The notes beneath the pieces are model-generated. The model searched no databases and was not told the origin of the DNA. It was given only the letters and a program-made list of their open reading frames with translations. DNA of 64,000 nucleotides from Nemertoderma westbladi (lineage: Eukaryota > Animalia > Xenacoelomorpha): assembly GCA_032718475.1 (NCBI GenBank), contig JAUCBJ010002497.1, forward strand, positions 1 through 64,000, written 5' to 3'. Positions 1-13,464 of the stretch are shown here, piece by piece; within the stretch, counting starts at the first letter, position 1; the number at the start of each line of letters is the position of its first letter. The position numbers were made by a program, and so were the translations under genes.

Positions 1-364
1 TAAATTTAGTAAAATATATTAGCGGAAGGCAGATTAGCGCCATCTAACGGTAAGTAGCGGTTCTGTATTTAGCAACCCTTACAATTTAGTAATAGCACGC
101 TCCTGATCCCCTTTACTTAACAGTAGAGCAGTCTTTGTGTCTTATTGGTTAGACGAGAACTTATTAGGTTGGCAGAAGGATATTAACGGGTATTGGTCTG
201 TTCAACAGTTCTGCTGTTAGTATAGAGGTCGCGGTTGTTTATCAGTTACAGCATTCATCGTCGTCGGTAAACTTTCCAGGGTAGAATGCATCCGCTCCTT
301 CATCGAATGAGTCTGTCTCACAATCAGTAAAATGTACACGTTGGTCTAGCTCTTCCTTCGGGGT

Positions 365-585
365 CTGGTCTAGGTGTAGCAAAGGGTGATGGGAGCCTGA
401 CACACCGGACACGTTTTTACGTTCATTAGTCTACACTTACGTCGTAAATGTCCCGGTCTAAGACACAAGAAGTATGTCGACAAGTCCAAAACCGTCTGTC
501 GTCTCTCCTTTAGTGTCTTTTAGGAAGTTGTTGCATTTCGCAAGTGGATGACGTGTGTCTATTTTACAAAGGCGACACTTAAGTT
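365..585 (-). mobile_element. BEL/Pao LTR-retrotransposon gag zinc-knuckle remnant (frameshifted)
   Basis: Minus strand gives CRLCKIDTRHPLAKC, then FLCLRPGHLRRKC, then CPVC...HHPLLH across frameshifts. This is the triple Cys/His knuckle typical of BEL/Pao Gag. Confidence 0.65.
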
Positions 586-1471
586 ATGACAATTTCCATT
601 TATTAGGGAGACCTATTGGAATTACTATTACTATGTATGATGAATTGTCGATTATCTCCAATCATTTTTTTAATGAAATTGTCAACTTCAAAACGCTACT
701 ACTTCTACAATTTTTGAGGAAATAGTCTGAAAATTTCTATGGTTGTCTACATAGCCACCCTGTATAAAAGTTACAGACAACTTTTCGAAATTTTTTGTTA
801 ATAAAATGTAATACTATTTATAACAAACGTAAAAAATTTGCAGTGCCACCTAGCGGTGCAGAATTATATTCACAAAATTTCACCTGATAGTTATGTTGCC
901 CCATCTTTGATCTATCATATAAAAAAACGGTGTAACTAAAAAACGGATTCAAAACTGTAAAAGCCTTAGGAGATTAAGCGCAACCAAGTTGTTAACTTTT
1001 TAATTGTTAACGAGTATTAACTAATAATAAATGCCGAAAAATAAATATTTTCTGAGTATCATGTGGAATAGCATCAACCTATATCACAAATTACAGCAAA
1101 AACCAAACAATTTTGAAACGCTGAGAGTGATAAATCGAAGAGTTTTCCTAGAATGGTGTATCCCCCCCCCCCTTCTTTTCTGCTTATCAAACAGTAGATA
1201 AGTGTCCATGATAACCCCAATGTTTCTAGCACATGGGCTGCTGGATATAATATCATTACCGATGCGGTTTTTCAGTCCTTCCAAAGTTGACACGAACTTA
1301 GACTCGAACAACAGCATTTCTGTTTTATCGCATTTATTAGTGCTTTCAAGTGTAGCCTGGGTGCCCACTTTTTGACCAATTTGAAAATGACTGTTATCAT
1401 GAGGTTTATTGTTTTAGAACAAAAATTTGACCTTCTGACAGTAAGATAATAGCTATTATTTTTGGATAGTT

Positions 1472-1797
1472 CTGTACTCGAATCTGGACCGAACTGGACC
1501 GAACTGAAACGAACTGGATCGAAAGAGTGGCGAACTGGACCGAACTGGACCGCCAAATGAAAGATAACCTAAAAACAACCATCCATGCAAACAGGTGAAA
1601 ATTAATATTGAATTTCATTTGGTCTTTCATACATTATAAATTTAGTTGCTTATAAGATGTCGCTAAATTAAGATTATTTACTTCACATAAAACACTGCTG
1701 TACTGATTTTACCAGTAGGCCTACCGGTAGCAGGTATCTGGGTTTATAGATTGCAGTATTTTGCGTACCGGTAGTTGTGTTCAATGCAGCAATGAAA
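1472..1797. repeat. Left arm of a long inverted repeat (partner 4979-5301), with GGACCGAACT decamer repeats
   Basis: Reverse complement aligns with 4979-5301. ORFs 1406..1630(-) and 5150..5404(+) share translated segments. Confidence 0.85.
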
Positions 1798-3062
1798 GCA
1801 GTAATGTTTGATTATATTTTCTACACTGGGAACACGGGGTCAGTCGGATCGTAATGCGGGCCGCTGCCGAGTTTCTTACTCCGAGCACGGAGTGCGGCGG
1901 GAAGAGTCAGACTTACAAAACTAGTCATTTTTGCCGCAATGCGCCTTATACTCTAAAAGACTGGAGCTCAGATGACGAAATCTGTCAGCTGATTTTCTGT
2001 AAACGTGGAACCTCTTTGTTCTGCTCAGCCAATCAGAGCGATTTTCATTTTATGTTGGACAAGAGCCTACGGAAACCCGCGCAATGCATTACGGTCTTTG
2101 TTTACCTTTTCTGAGCCTCAGAACACCGGCTTAGAATTCTTCTGTGCTTCTGTAGAAGTTTCAGACTTTGGCCAAAACATTAGATGGCTTTGATTACAAG
2201 AACGTAAATCTATTATCTCGACTACTGAACAATCCACACATCAACCCAAACTGCTGAACTGACCTGCATACATACTCACATTCTGACTCAATGCACTATG
2301 GTCTTATGTAACACATCTGATTGTTCACCGCATTATTTTACTTCTGTTATTAATTGTTGTTATTTGTTGATGTATATTGCTGATATATTTGGAGAATACC
2401 GATGAATAATCATAAAACCCCCAATCTTCTTGATTACTGAAGGTTAGAGTAACAGGTTACCGGTAGCAACTGCGACTTACATTATAGTGGTTTTTGTGTG
2501 AATTAAATGTGTGAATCATAATCCCTACAAGTGTCAGTTGCGATCTTCCTTATATATGATCAAATTCAGTGACGGTCGGCAGATCAGTGTGCAATAGTGT
2601 GAAGTAGTGTGAAGTCGTGTGAAGTAGTGTGACAGATAATAAAGCATCTTCTAAAGAATGCGCTATTTACGAAACTCATTAGCCATCTAGTTGTGATTAG
2701 TATAAGTCATAACTCTGTTTTTATACTTAAAGTGCCACGTCCTAAAGGAACTGTTAATATTTCCCCGAAAGTAAATATATTTGTCAGAGATTATATAGTA
2801 ACGATCAATCGAATAATACAGTAGGTCTGCACCGCAATAACTTCAAAGCACCCGAATCCAGTCTCCCTTAACTGTGGGTGAATGATCGCGCACAGACTGG
2901 CTTCGGCGGATGTAACTTCAGTACATTAAATAATTGGTCTAGGCTAAAGTCGATTTATAAACAAGAAGACAACTAAAATTGGCAGGTTAAACTGCTAAAG
3001 GTCTAAAAGCGCGAACACTGTCATCGGCAAATTATTTGCATGTCTCATGGTAAATTATTTAT

Positions 3063-3245
3063 TAAGGGAAATTAGCAGGTTACGGTGGCACGTTATTCTA
3101 ACAAAAAGGAATAAATAAAACACAATAGAACAGGTTACAGTTTTATTTTCAGGAGTAAACAGCTGTTATTTGCGTCGATTTTCACCTGGAGAGGGAAGAA
3201 TTTTGATTGCATCTAAAGACCCCCCCCCCCCCCCCTTCTATCTGC
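3063..3245 (+). mobile_element. Partial copy of dispersed MITE family (GGAGCAGGTTACAG core, C-run end)
   Basis: Same sequence recurs at 14075-14249(-), 26467-26632(-) and 43555-43736(+). Confidence 0.75.
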
Positions 3246-3548
3246 AATTAAGTGAAAATATTTCGGAAACATTTCCTTTTATCATCATGGTCGCTCATAC
3301 AGTACGGTAGACTGCCAAAAAATATAATTCCTTTACAGTATAAATAATTATAACAGTATAAACAACAAAATTAATTATAATTCTAAGCTATTTAGTCTTT
3401 ACCATTTTTATACATTGACAAGACTTTTTGGCCTTTAAAATAATTGATGTTGGTTGAATAATTATTATTAAGATCAAAATATATTGCTAGGAGTTCGGAG
3501 AAAGCAGTAGTTAGTATTGGCAGGTCGATCTCACAAACCAGTAAAATG

Positions 3549-3815
3549 TTTAATAGACTCAGAATCGAAGCCATCGTTTAGGTTTAATAGATTCCGCCGT
3601 CATCGTCCCGGGTTTAATAGACTCCGTCCAGCCGTCGCATCGTCCCGGGTTTAATAGACTCCACTGTCATCTTCCCAGGTTTAATAAACTCCGTCGCCAT
3701 CGTTCCGGGTTTAATAGGCTCCGCCAGCCCGCCGTCACCGTGCCGGGTTTAATAGACTCCGCCGCCATCGTCCCGGGTCGCGATCGAAACATGGTTTCCA
3801 TTTAATAGACTCCGT
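3549..3815. repeat. Degenerate ~30-38 bp tandem repeat with GGGTTTAATAGACTCC core
   Basis: About 8 copies of (GG)GTTTAATAGACTCC separated by related GCCGTCATCGTCCC-like segments. Confidence 0.75.
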
Positions 3816-4010
3816 CGCCCTCTTTCTGATCCGGCAGTCCGGATCGGCTGATCGGCATCGTTCCGCTGTTCAGTGTTTTTAACAAACGCCAGAAATCTGG
3901 CACTACTATTTCTGTATTTATTTATTTAAATTTATTATAAGCAATATTTATTTATTTACCGGTAGCCTAGATTTCAATTTAATGAATTACAATTCATTAA
4001 ATTATGAATA

Positions 4011-4938
4011 CCGGTGTAACAGGAAAATATGCCCCCCCGGGAAATGTGCCCGGGGGGGCATATTTTCCTAGGTAAAAATGCCCCCCCGGGCAAATTTCCC
4101 TAGGAAAAAATGCCCCCCCTTAGGAAATTATGCCCCCCCTGAATATACAATAAACAAAACTTATTACTACTAAAACTTACAAAAATTATACAAAACAATA
4201 AACAGTCACTTTACCAAATGAAGGAAAGGAGCAGGTTACAGAGGCGGGCCTTTCTAACCTAAACAATAAACGATCATTTAACTAATTGAGGGAAAGGAGC
4301 AGGTTACAGAGGCGGGATTTTCTAACCAAAACAATAAACAGTCACTTTAGCAAATCAGGGAAAGGAGCAGGTTACAGAGACGGGATTTTCTAACCAAAAC
4401 AATAAACGATAACATTACCAATTGAGAGAAGGGAGCAGGTTACAGAGGCGGGATTTTCTAACCCAAACAATAAACAATCACTTTACCAAATCAGGGAAAG
4501 GAGCAGGTTACAGACTTAAAAAAGCTTGGAGCTGCTCGGCGCCCACACAACACCACACACTCGCACTGCTGTTATACCAGTACTTACTACAGTAGCCTAC
4601 TGACTTAGATACTTCAGTATGCTGTTCTACATCCCTTACTGCCTTACCTGCTTACCTATGTACCGGCAGACCGGTCAGCCGGTACCGTACTATTCTTCCA
4701 ACTATTACAAGTTCTGCAGTTGGTAGATTAAAAGTGGCTACCAGCAGACCGGTATCGTACCAGTTTTCAGACTTTTGAGGGGGGCTAATTTTCCTGAGGG
4801 GAGGCATTATTTCCTAAGGAGAAAATGCCCCCCCGGGCTAAATATCCTAGGAAAAATTGCCCGGGGGGACATAATATCCTAGGAAATAATGCCCCGGGGG
4901 GCATATTCTAGGAGGGGCTGATTTCCTTGTGACACCGG
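4011..4938. mobile_element. Non-autonomous foldback-type DNA transposon, TA-flanked, CCGG termini
   Basis: TA|CCGGTGTAACAGGAAAAT...ATTTCCTTGTGACACCGG|TA. Subterminal CCTAGGAAAAAATGCCCCCC repeats inverted at both ends. Internal ~59-bp tandem array at 4190-4515. Confidence 0.8.
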
Positions 4939-4978
4939 TACTTCTTTACCGTGTGTACTCTGGCTTCCGGTACTGTCA

Positions 4979-5301
4979 TTCATTGCTGCATTGAATACAA
5001 CTACCGGTACGCAGAATACTGCAATCTATAAACACTATAAACCCGGATACCTGCTACTGGTAGGCGTACTGGTAAAAGGAATACAGCAGTGTTTTATGTG
5101 AAGCAAGTAATCTTAATTTAGCGACATCTTATAAGCAACTAAATTTATAATGTATAAAAAGACCAAATTAAATTCAATATTAATTTTCACCTGTTTGCAT
5201 GGATGGTTGTTTTTAGGTTATCTTTCATTTGGCGGTCCAGTTCGGTCCAGTTCGCCACTCTTTCGATCCAGTTCGGTTCAGTTCGGTCCAGATTCGTGTA
5301 C
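4979..5301. repeat. Right arm of long inverted repeat (partner 1472-1797)
   Basis: Reverse-complement match to 1472-1797 with scattered substitutions. Confidence 0.85.
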
Positions 5302-5699
5302 AGTATTATCCATTATTTTTCATATTTTGACTAGCTACAGTAGTAAAAAAAATTTTGGAATTTTTTTTAACATATTTAAACTTCTACTTCTTGTAGTACA
5401 GTAATATCCATAGAATATTTACTGAGTCATGTGGTACCGCTACCTAGCCAGTAATTTTTACTAGCTAGTGTTTTTTTTTTAATATTTCTTTGTTAATTTA
5501 ATTTATACGTTCTCTATGGATAATAGCATGAATTTGAAATAAGAAAGTGAGTTAGGGTACTACTACAGTATGTGGGCATTACTATATGTTATGGGTACCC
5601 TCTTTTTGACCAATTTTTTTTATATGAAAATGGCTTTTATCATGAGGTTTTTTGTTCGAGAACAAATATTTAACCTATCTCCCAGTAAGATGGTAGCTA

Positions 5700-7518
5700 C
5701 AGTCGGGGTCTCAAAGTGCATAATTCTGTTCTTTGAGATTTTCTCAAAGTTTTTCTAAAAGTGTCTAAAAGTCATTACATTACTCCCAACGGCCGCTTTG
5801 AATTCTTGTAGACACTTTTAGTTGGGAATCTGAAAGTGATTTCCTGCTTTTAGGCACTTTGAATTCTTTGAGAAATGTTACTTTGAGGTAGTTTGCGGCA
5901 CTTTTAATTCTTTGAGAAAATAAACTCCGAGGTATTCCTGATTGACAGCTCGTGGTAAGTTAACTGAGAGCCAGAGGCATTCTCGGGGAACAATATTATG
6001 CGGGCAACAAAGTGATACTTGTGGGATGGCCAGTTGTTGCATAGAAGCTATATTCCCATTAATTTATCAAATTGAGGTTCCTGAGGTCATTACGGGATGG
6101 GTTTTCGGTCGCAAGTACAAATTGAATTTACGGCACCCTAAAGTCTTTCTATAAAACATTCATTCAAATAATACATGAAACATAATTAGTGAAACAAGAT
6201 TAATGCTTGACAAGATTGATTATTTTAATAACATAATACAATATCAGATTAACAATTAATATAAGAGAAACTGCACTGTAGTTTCTCTGTGTATACGCAG
6301 TTTCATTATATATAATGACCTAAAGAAGCCCCGTTGGGAGAAAGCTTGTAATAGCTTTTGTATTCATTTCATTAGTCACCTCAGGTCAAACCGTACTACC
6401 TTAACTGATTAATTAATATGATAACTATGTTGACGAGAGCGCGAGAATTCCTTCTTAAAAACTAAGAAAGGCTTTCGACTTTCAAGTACGATAGAACGGC
6501 TACAATCGTGTGTTGTTTTAGCTTAATAGAGATATTAAAATATCCCCTGCCGCTGGCGTTTATATTTGAGCATATTTTAAATGTTTGCCTCATATTCAAT
6601 TGATGTGTACAGCCTTCTGGCAAAGCGGCACCCAGTTTAAACTATCAATCACAGCTAGTGAGTAGCGACCCACGGACGGCGACCTTCAAACAAACAGGTG
6701 CAGAGTCGGAAAGAACTGTCACATGCTTTGCTTGGCTTGTGGTACCATTTGATTACATAATAGATTTTGGCAGACTGGGCGGTCGCTCTGACCATATGGA
6801 TTGCGCACCAACAATGCCTAAAACATCTATGGGAACAGCCAATTAGTGCTCTTGAATCATTTATCTTTATTCCTGCCTCTATCGTTATTCTTTACTTTGT
6901 ATAACAAAATTTACAGTGCGGCAAAGTATGGCTGGTTAACCATTGAAATGCATTGGTAAAGGTATTCGGCTTTCACGTGGGCTAAACAAATTTAAACAGT
7001 ACAGTTTTAGCACTATACATTAATATAGATAGGGCAACAGACAAACTGTCTATGACACAAATACCAACACATTCCCAGTAACAAATATTTATTACTGCAG
7101 TAACAAATATTTATTACTGCAATAATAATCAATATTAATTAATTAATAAATAATTGAATATAAATTTCTACTGCAGTAACAAATTATTTGTTACTGCAGA
7201 AAAAGACAATTTTTTATTACTGCAGTAAGTTTAATTCTTACTTTCAGTAACAAATATTTATTACTGCAGTATTTTTTGGAGGCATCTTTATTGTTTCATA
7301 GAGGTTTTTATTTCTTATATTTTACCCTTTAGTAGTCAAAGTCAATATATCCCATACCATTGCCAGCTTCAGGCACGACTGTATGAAATGACTGACAGTA
7401 CTACTTTGAAATCTTTGAGGACACATTGTCATTTTCTTGGACTACTTTTAGAAATTTGAGACACTTTTAGTTCTTTGAGAAAATCTCAAAGAACAGATGC
7501 ACTTTGAGACCCCGGCTG
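5700..7518. mobile_element. Tc1/mariner-like non-autonomous element, TA TSD
   Basis: TA|CAGTCGGGGTCTCAAAGTGCA...TGCACTTTGAGACCCCGGCTG|TA. It interrupts a repeat whose uninterrupted copy (GATGGTAGCTAGTACTTTTGA) is at ~7680. No transposase ORF. Confidence 0.8.
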
Positions 7519-9034
7519 TAGTAATTTTGATTTTGTATTAGCTAGTACTTTTTATTAACTAGTGAAAAATAATTTAATTGAAAAAATGAAAAAAAATTTG
7601 ACCAACTTTTTTCTTGTAAAATTGACTTTTATTATGAGGTTTTTTGTTCTAAAACAAATATTTGACCTTCTGACAGTGTGATGGTAGCTAGTACTTTTGA
7701 TGTTGTGTTAGCTAGAACTACTGTATTTATTAGCTAGTAAAAAAATTTCAGATATAGTTTAATTCTCAATTATATTATATTTTTGCCTGGAATAATTTAT
7801 GAGTCATGGTAGCTAGTAACTTTTATTTGATAGTCAAAGTAGCTTGTAATTATTCACTAGCTAGTTTTTTATACAAAATATAGGCAGATGCAAAATACAG
7901 TTTTTACGATTCAGAAATGTAAATTATATACATTTTTATTATACTCATTCAGAACACTACTGTACCTGTGCTTATCGTGTCTAATAATATTATTTTCTTG
8001 ATCTTTTCCAGAGCATCCAAACAAATTTATTGATTTATTTATCTTTTTATTAGTCATTTTGAGAATATATTGATGATATGGAAATTGTCTAAATAAAAGG
8101 GGCACTACAAATTTTCTTTTGTAATTTTAAGATCACTACCTTTAAAAACACTAGCTACCATAATAAAAAAAATAAAAGGTAACCTCTCTCAGAAGGTGAA
8201 ATTTACGTTCTAGAACACAAAACATCATGATAATATCCATTAACGTAGTCAAAAATTGATCAAAAATTAGGTACTAAAAATTTGGTTTTGTAATTTTAAA
8301 AACAGTAGCTACCTAAAAAAAAACACTGGCTACCATAAAAAAGCACTAGCTAACGTCTCACAGAAGAAGATATTTATGTTCTAAAACAAAAAGCCTCATG
8401 ATAATAGCCATTAACATTGTCAAATAAATGGTCAAAAGTGGGTAGGGCCTACCCGTAACATAGTAATGCCAAGTATGTGTACCATAACCATAATTCTTTT
8501 ACTATAGCTAGTTTTTGCTTCGTTTTTTTTTAGTACTATTCTATTCATGTTAGCTATATAACTTCAACGATAGCTATATAACGATCAACTTGCTTACTGG
8601 GCGGAAAAGCCAACCAACCACCAAGGTTAAGGCTGAATCACCAGCCGATTGTCTCAATAATGGTTGGAAGGCCCACTTTGAAAAGCTCCTCAATAGTGAC
8701 AGGGTATAAGATATATGGTCAGCCCTGTACCGGTACGGCACGGATGGCAGACAGGATGACTACTCCTGTGGTAGGCTAATCCTGTAATCTGACAGTTGGT
8801 TAGGTAGGCCTGTCATGTGACAGTTACCGGCATACTGGGGAATCTTGGACATCTGGACATGACATTTACGATTTACTGCGTTTTGAAATCTGGTATATGA
8901 CTTACCATACTGCCATAGGGAATGGCTAAAGTTGTGCCTAAACCTGTAAACTACGGTAATTCTGTAATTAGATAAAGATATTACAATCCCCATTTGTTTC
9001 AACAACCTTCTCACCTTCATTTGGTCTTTTTTGT

Positions 9035-10042
9035 ATGGATAATAAGAGAAACCTTAGTGAGGTATCTAAGGCATCAACTTCGTCTTCCTCCGTTCACTCA
9101 CCAGCCCCAAAACGGTTTGGTGCTGGCCCAATGTCTTCATCCAGCCCTGCGCACTTGGCTCCTACTGAGATGGTCAATCCACCTGACTTGGAGGGCGTGT
9201 TTCACAGTACACAGGGGCCGGAGGACGGTGTTCCTGCCTTAATCCGGGGTAATACCAGTACCTCTGATATATCTAGTATCATCGAAGCTAGCCTGGATAA
9301 ATTCGGTCGGGAATTATCTAACTTTCTGCAAAGGAAATTTGAAGAGATGGCAAAGGATTTTTTGTCTTCCTTCGACCCCGCAAACTTTACTGAAGAGGTA
9401 CGGAGTGCTTGTGCTAAAAACTCAACTTCCATTTCTAACGTAGCTCTTCGTGTTGATAACGATGCTCAATACGTACGCCGAGAATCGCTTGTTCTATCTG
9501 GTCCCCTTGTTCTCTCTGCGATTAGCGGTAATAAGGCTACTCCTAGTACTGGTAGGCATACAGGATCACTGGATGTCTGGCCCAAGTTTGTAACGTAGCT
9601 GGCTAACGATAGGTGTGGATTACATTCCTACGACCCAGCTACTATTTCTCGGTCCCACCCGTCACGTAACAATAAACAGGTTATTGTGAAATTTACCTCT
9701 TATTACGCACGCGAATCTCCATTTAAATCACGGTTTAAGTTGAAAACCAGCGTACGTTCCGACCAGGGTTATATCAACGAGTTGCTAACACCATATCGTG
9801 GCGCCCTACTTTACGAAGCATGTCGGCTGGTCAAAGCTAAAGTACTACGCGATGCTTGGTTGACGGATGGCAATTTATTTGCTAAGAATAATAAAGGGGA
9901 AGTCGTTAGGGTTAAATACCCCCAAGATATTACCAATCTCGTCGATATCTCTGATTCATCTCAGACACCATCTGATGTTGTGAGTGTGATGTCGGCTCTT
10001 AACAGCAACAAGTTCGCGTCCCTACTTGAAGGCCCTGTTTGA
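9035..10042 (+). pseudogene. ORF1 of a CR1/L2-type LINE, disrupted
   Basis: Coiled coil, then DNDAQYVRRESLVLSG (RRM start), IVKF, YINELLT and AWLTDG motifs typical of this ORF1 type. In-frame stops at ~9598. Confidence 0.7.
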
Positions 10043-10657
10043 AATTGGTACCGGTAATGGGATAACGAAATAGGCATAATTGTTGATATTTTCCTTTGGT
10101 TTACTTACTGTTTATTGGCTGATTGGCCCTGGGAAATTAACAATCGAAAGCATTTTTTTTTCTGAACGCAGTACCGTACAGACTTCCATGGTTCACCTTC
10201 AGTATGATTTCCTCTGAATTTAATTTTCTACATGGCAAGCCTTATCGGCCACTGTACTTTGCCATTATCATCGTAGGTTAATCTGACATATTATAGTACT
10301 TGTTCGATATATATATATTGCAATTTTTATGTATTGTGTTGGTTGTTGCGTATGTGTATGTGTATGTGTACGTTTGTGTTTGTGTTTGTACATGTCATGT
10401 ATGTATGGTATATGTGGAAGTGTATATGTGTCACTTTTTAACACTATGGGGTCTGTATGTGAGTGTAAGACTCTGATTGATGCCTGCTGTGCCTTACTTG
10501 CTGTTCTATCCTCCTTGATTGGAACTGGGACCTCCCTTGCGTCGCCTCGGTCGCTGGGACTGATGAACCATAAAGTTGCTCTCCATTATAGTGTTTTAAT
10601 TTCAATAATATTTTATGTTTATATAAATCCTTTTGTTATTTCGGGTATTTATTAACT

Positions 10658-12376
10658 ATGGGTATTTCTGACCAATGGAGAGCATCTATTGGCTCATATG
10701 GTTCCACTAAGGTGTTAAGTGTAAAATTTGTAGCTCTTTCGTTTCCTTTACCGAGTTCATGGATCATCTTGCTATTAATTACTGCATATTTTTCACTTGT
10801 ACTTTCTGGTGACGTACAGTTGAATCCAGGGCCGGCACTAACCACGATTCACCCACTACGCATTTTACAAACCAATATTAGTTAGGTCTTTGCCTGCTAA
10901 CTGGGATTATATGCCAGACCACCTTAGCACTTCATTTGATATAATTGCGGTGGTTGAAACATGGCTCACTGATTGCAATAACTCAAGTGATTTGTCATTG
11001 GCCGGCATTCAAGAACCTCTTATGAGGGACCGTTGTGATGGCTGGGGAGGTTTAGCGTTATATGTGTCCAACTCAATTATGTCAAAACGTATTCACGTTC
11101 TTGAAAATGTGGCCCCAAATTATGAATCTTTGTGGTGCTCATGCTTAACCAAAGGCGGTAAGCTTCTATTTGGTTTATTTTATAGACCAGAGTACACAAG
11201 CCCAGATTTCTGGGAAGCAATCAATGATATGGTTTCGGAAGCAAGGGGGCTTGGCTACTCTGAATTAATTTTATTGGGTGACTTTAGTAATGACTTACTG
11301 AACCCGAATGCCTGCAGGGACTTGGTGCACTTAATTCAGAGACAGGGTTTATCACAGTTGGTAAATGAGCCCACCCGTATAACGCCATCCTCCAGTACCT
11401 TGTTATTGCCCATTCTTACTACTGACTCCTCCAAGGTTTCGCATGTCAATGTTACTCCCCCTTGGGGGGACTAGCGACCACTCCGTTGTAAAATTCGAAT
11501 ATAATTTTAAAATATACAAAGAAACAGCATATAGACGCCACATTTGGTTATATAATGAGGCCAATTATCAACTTTTTTTGGACTGCCTGCGCGATATTAA
11601 CTGGGACGATATAATTAATAACGAAACTGATGATGTTGATGCAATTATTTCTAAATGGTCTGATAAATTTTTAGAATGCGCAGCAGCTGCTATACCAAAT
11701 AGGTATGTAACAATTAGACCATGTGATAAACCTTGGTATAACTCCAGTTTACGTGCACTGGCTAACAAAAAAAACAGGAAACATATTCAAGCATGTCAAC
11801 AGAATACTGAAATTGCCTGGGCAAGATTTAGATTAATACGCGGTGATTACACTAATAAGTGTAAAATTGCAAAACAGGATTTTTACCAAGGGTTATCCGA
11901 CAAATTGTGCTTTGACAATAATATCACTGAAAAGAAATGGTGGGGTATCTGCAAATCTGTAATTGGCCTCCAGGTTAAACCTGAGATTCCGCCAGTATAC
12001 TACAGGGATCGCATTGCGACTAATAGTCGTGAAAAAGCTGATCTCTTTAATGTCTATTTCAGAGACCAATATAAACTGGATTGTTCGAACTTTATTATCC
12101 AAGAGGGGCCAATGCCTGAGCCTGTACTTACTGAAATAAACATTTCTAGAATTGACGTTTTAGCTGCAGCCAAAGTAAAGCTGGTAAAGCTGCGTCACCT
12201 GGTGATAAAATCTCAAATAAAATGATTTTATCTGCTTTACCTTTTATGGCTCGTAATTTTTCCAAACTCTTTCAACTTATATTAGATAAGGCATGGCATC
12301 CCGCATCTTGGAAAAAAAGGTTCGTTACCGCGGTTTTTAAAAAAGGTTTACGATTTGAATGTCTTAATTATAGGCC
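10658..12376 (+). mobile_element. Degenerate ORF2 of a CR1/L2-type LINE (2A-like motif, APE endonuclease, start of RT), 3'-truncated
   Basis: SGDVQLNPGP, DIIAVVETWL, GGLALYV, YRP, LLGDF, VNEPTR, SDH, KPWYN and WKK..VTAVFKKG..NYRP. Split by stops and frameshifts; ends ~60 bp before the MVP acceptor. Confidence 0.85.
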
Positions 12377-12437
12377 AGATGTGTGTATCTACTGTATTTC
12401 GGACGCGATAATTCCACTTTTACTTCGACTATTTTAG

Positions 12438-13149
12438 GTGCGACTGAAGCACGCAGACCAGGACGTACGATTGGCCCAGGAGCCCTTCCCTCTGTACCCG
12501 GGCGAGATACTCAAGCAGAACATAACCCCCCTCAAGGTGGTCATATCCAACTCGGCATTGCGTCTACGCTGCGTCCTGGACCACGGGGAGGGCGCGGAGA
12601 GACGGCTGGCCGGCGACGAGTGGCTGTTCGAAGGTCCGGGGACCTACATACCTCGCAAAGAGGTCGTGGTAGAGGAGACCATCCGATCTACGGTGATCAA
12701 AACCGGTCAAGCGATTCGATTGCGAGCACGTAAGGAGACCGTAGACAGGGATGGTGCACCGCGAGTCACCGGGGAAGAGTGGTTGGTACGTAAACACGGG
12801 GCCTACCTACCCGGAGCCTACGAGGAGGTTGTCGATCTAGTAGACGCTGTTGTTCTTACCGATAAGAAGGCTCTCCATCTGAGAGCCACTAAGACCTTTT
12901 CGGATACCTACAAGAAGGTTCGTAAGAACGGGGAGGAATGGTTGGTCACCGCCCGCGACACCGAGGCGCATATTCCGGATGTTTACGAGGTTATCGTCGG
13001 GGTAAACGATATTATTACGCTTAACAACCGGCAGTATTGCGTTATTAGCGACCCGGTTGACGATAAGGGGATCATTCAGATGGGGAGGAAGAAGTTGGTT
13101 AAAGGGGAGTTGTCGTTCTTCCTGCAGCCCGGAGAGAGTACCATTAAAG
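12438..13149 (+). CDS. MVP: Major vault protein, internal exon (vault repeats)
   Basis: [55 protein letters not shown]. Acceptor ttttag at 12437; donor G|GTTAGC at 13150 (phase 1). Confidence 0.95.
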
Positions 13150-13190
13150 GTTAGCCATATTAGCCATATATATTAGCCATTATTGGCCAT

Positions 13191-13284
13191 AGCTTTGCAA
13201 CGTTGGCAATTACGTCCAGGTGGGATCGAACTGGTGACCTCCGGGTTGGAAATCTGACGCTGTAACCATTCAGCTAGCGGCTCA
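13191..13284 (-). ncRNA. tRNA-derived Pol III element (SINE-like head), copy 1
   Basis: A-box TAGCTGAATGG, B-box GTTCGATCC, TTCCAA loop. Acceptor stem does not form. Confidence 0.55.
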
Positions 13285-13464
13285 GGTAAAAGGTAGACCT
13301 GGATATACTACCTGATACCTTGTATGTCCGCAATTTACCTCCTCGTGGCCTCCCATCTGTCAATCAATACCTTCACCTTCATAATGCTGCCACAGTGCTC
13401 AAACCTATTGAACTTGGCCGTCTAGTACGCAGTGATGGATGATGATGGTTCATGTTTAATATAT

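Noticed and set aside
3549-3815. Repeat-spacer pattern resembling a mini-CRISPR
   Set aside because: The intervening segments are related to each other; this is a degenerate tandem repeat.
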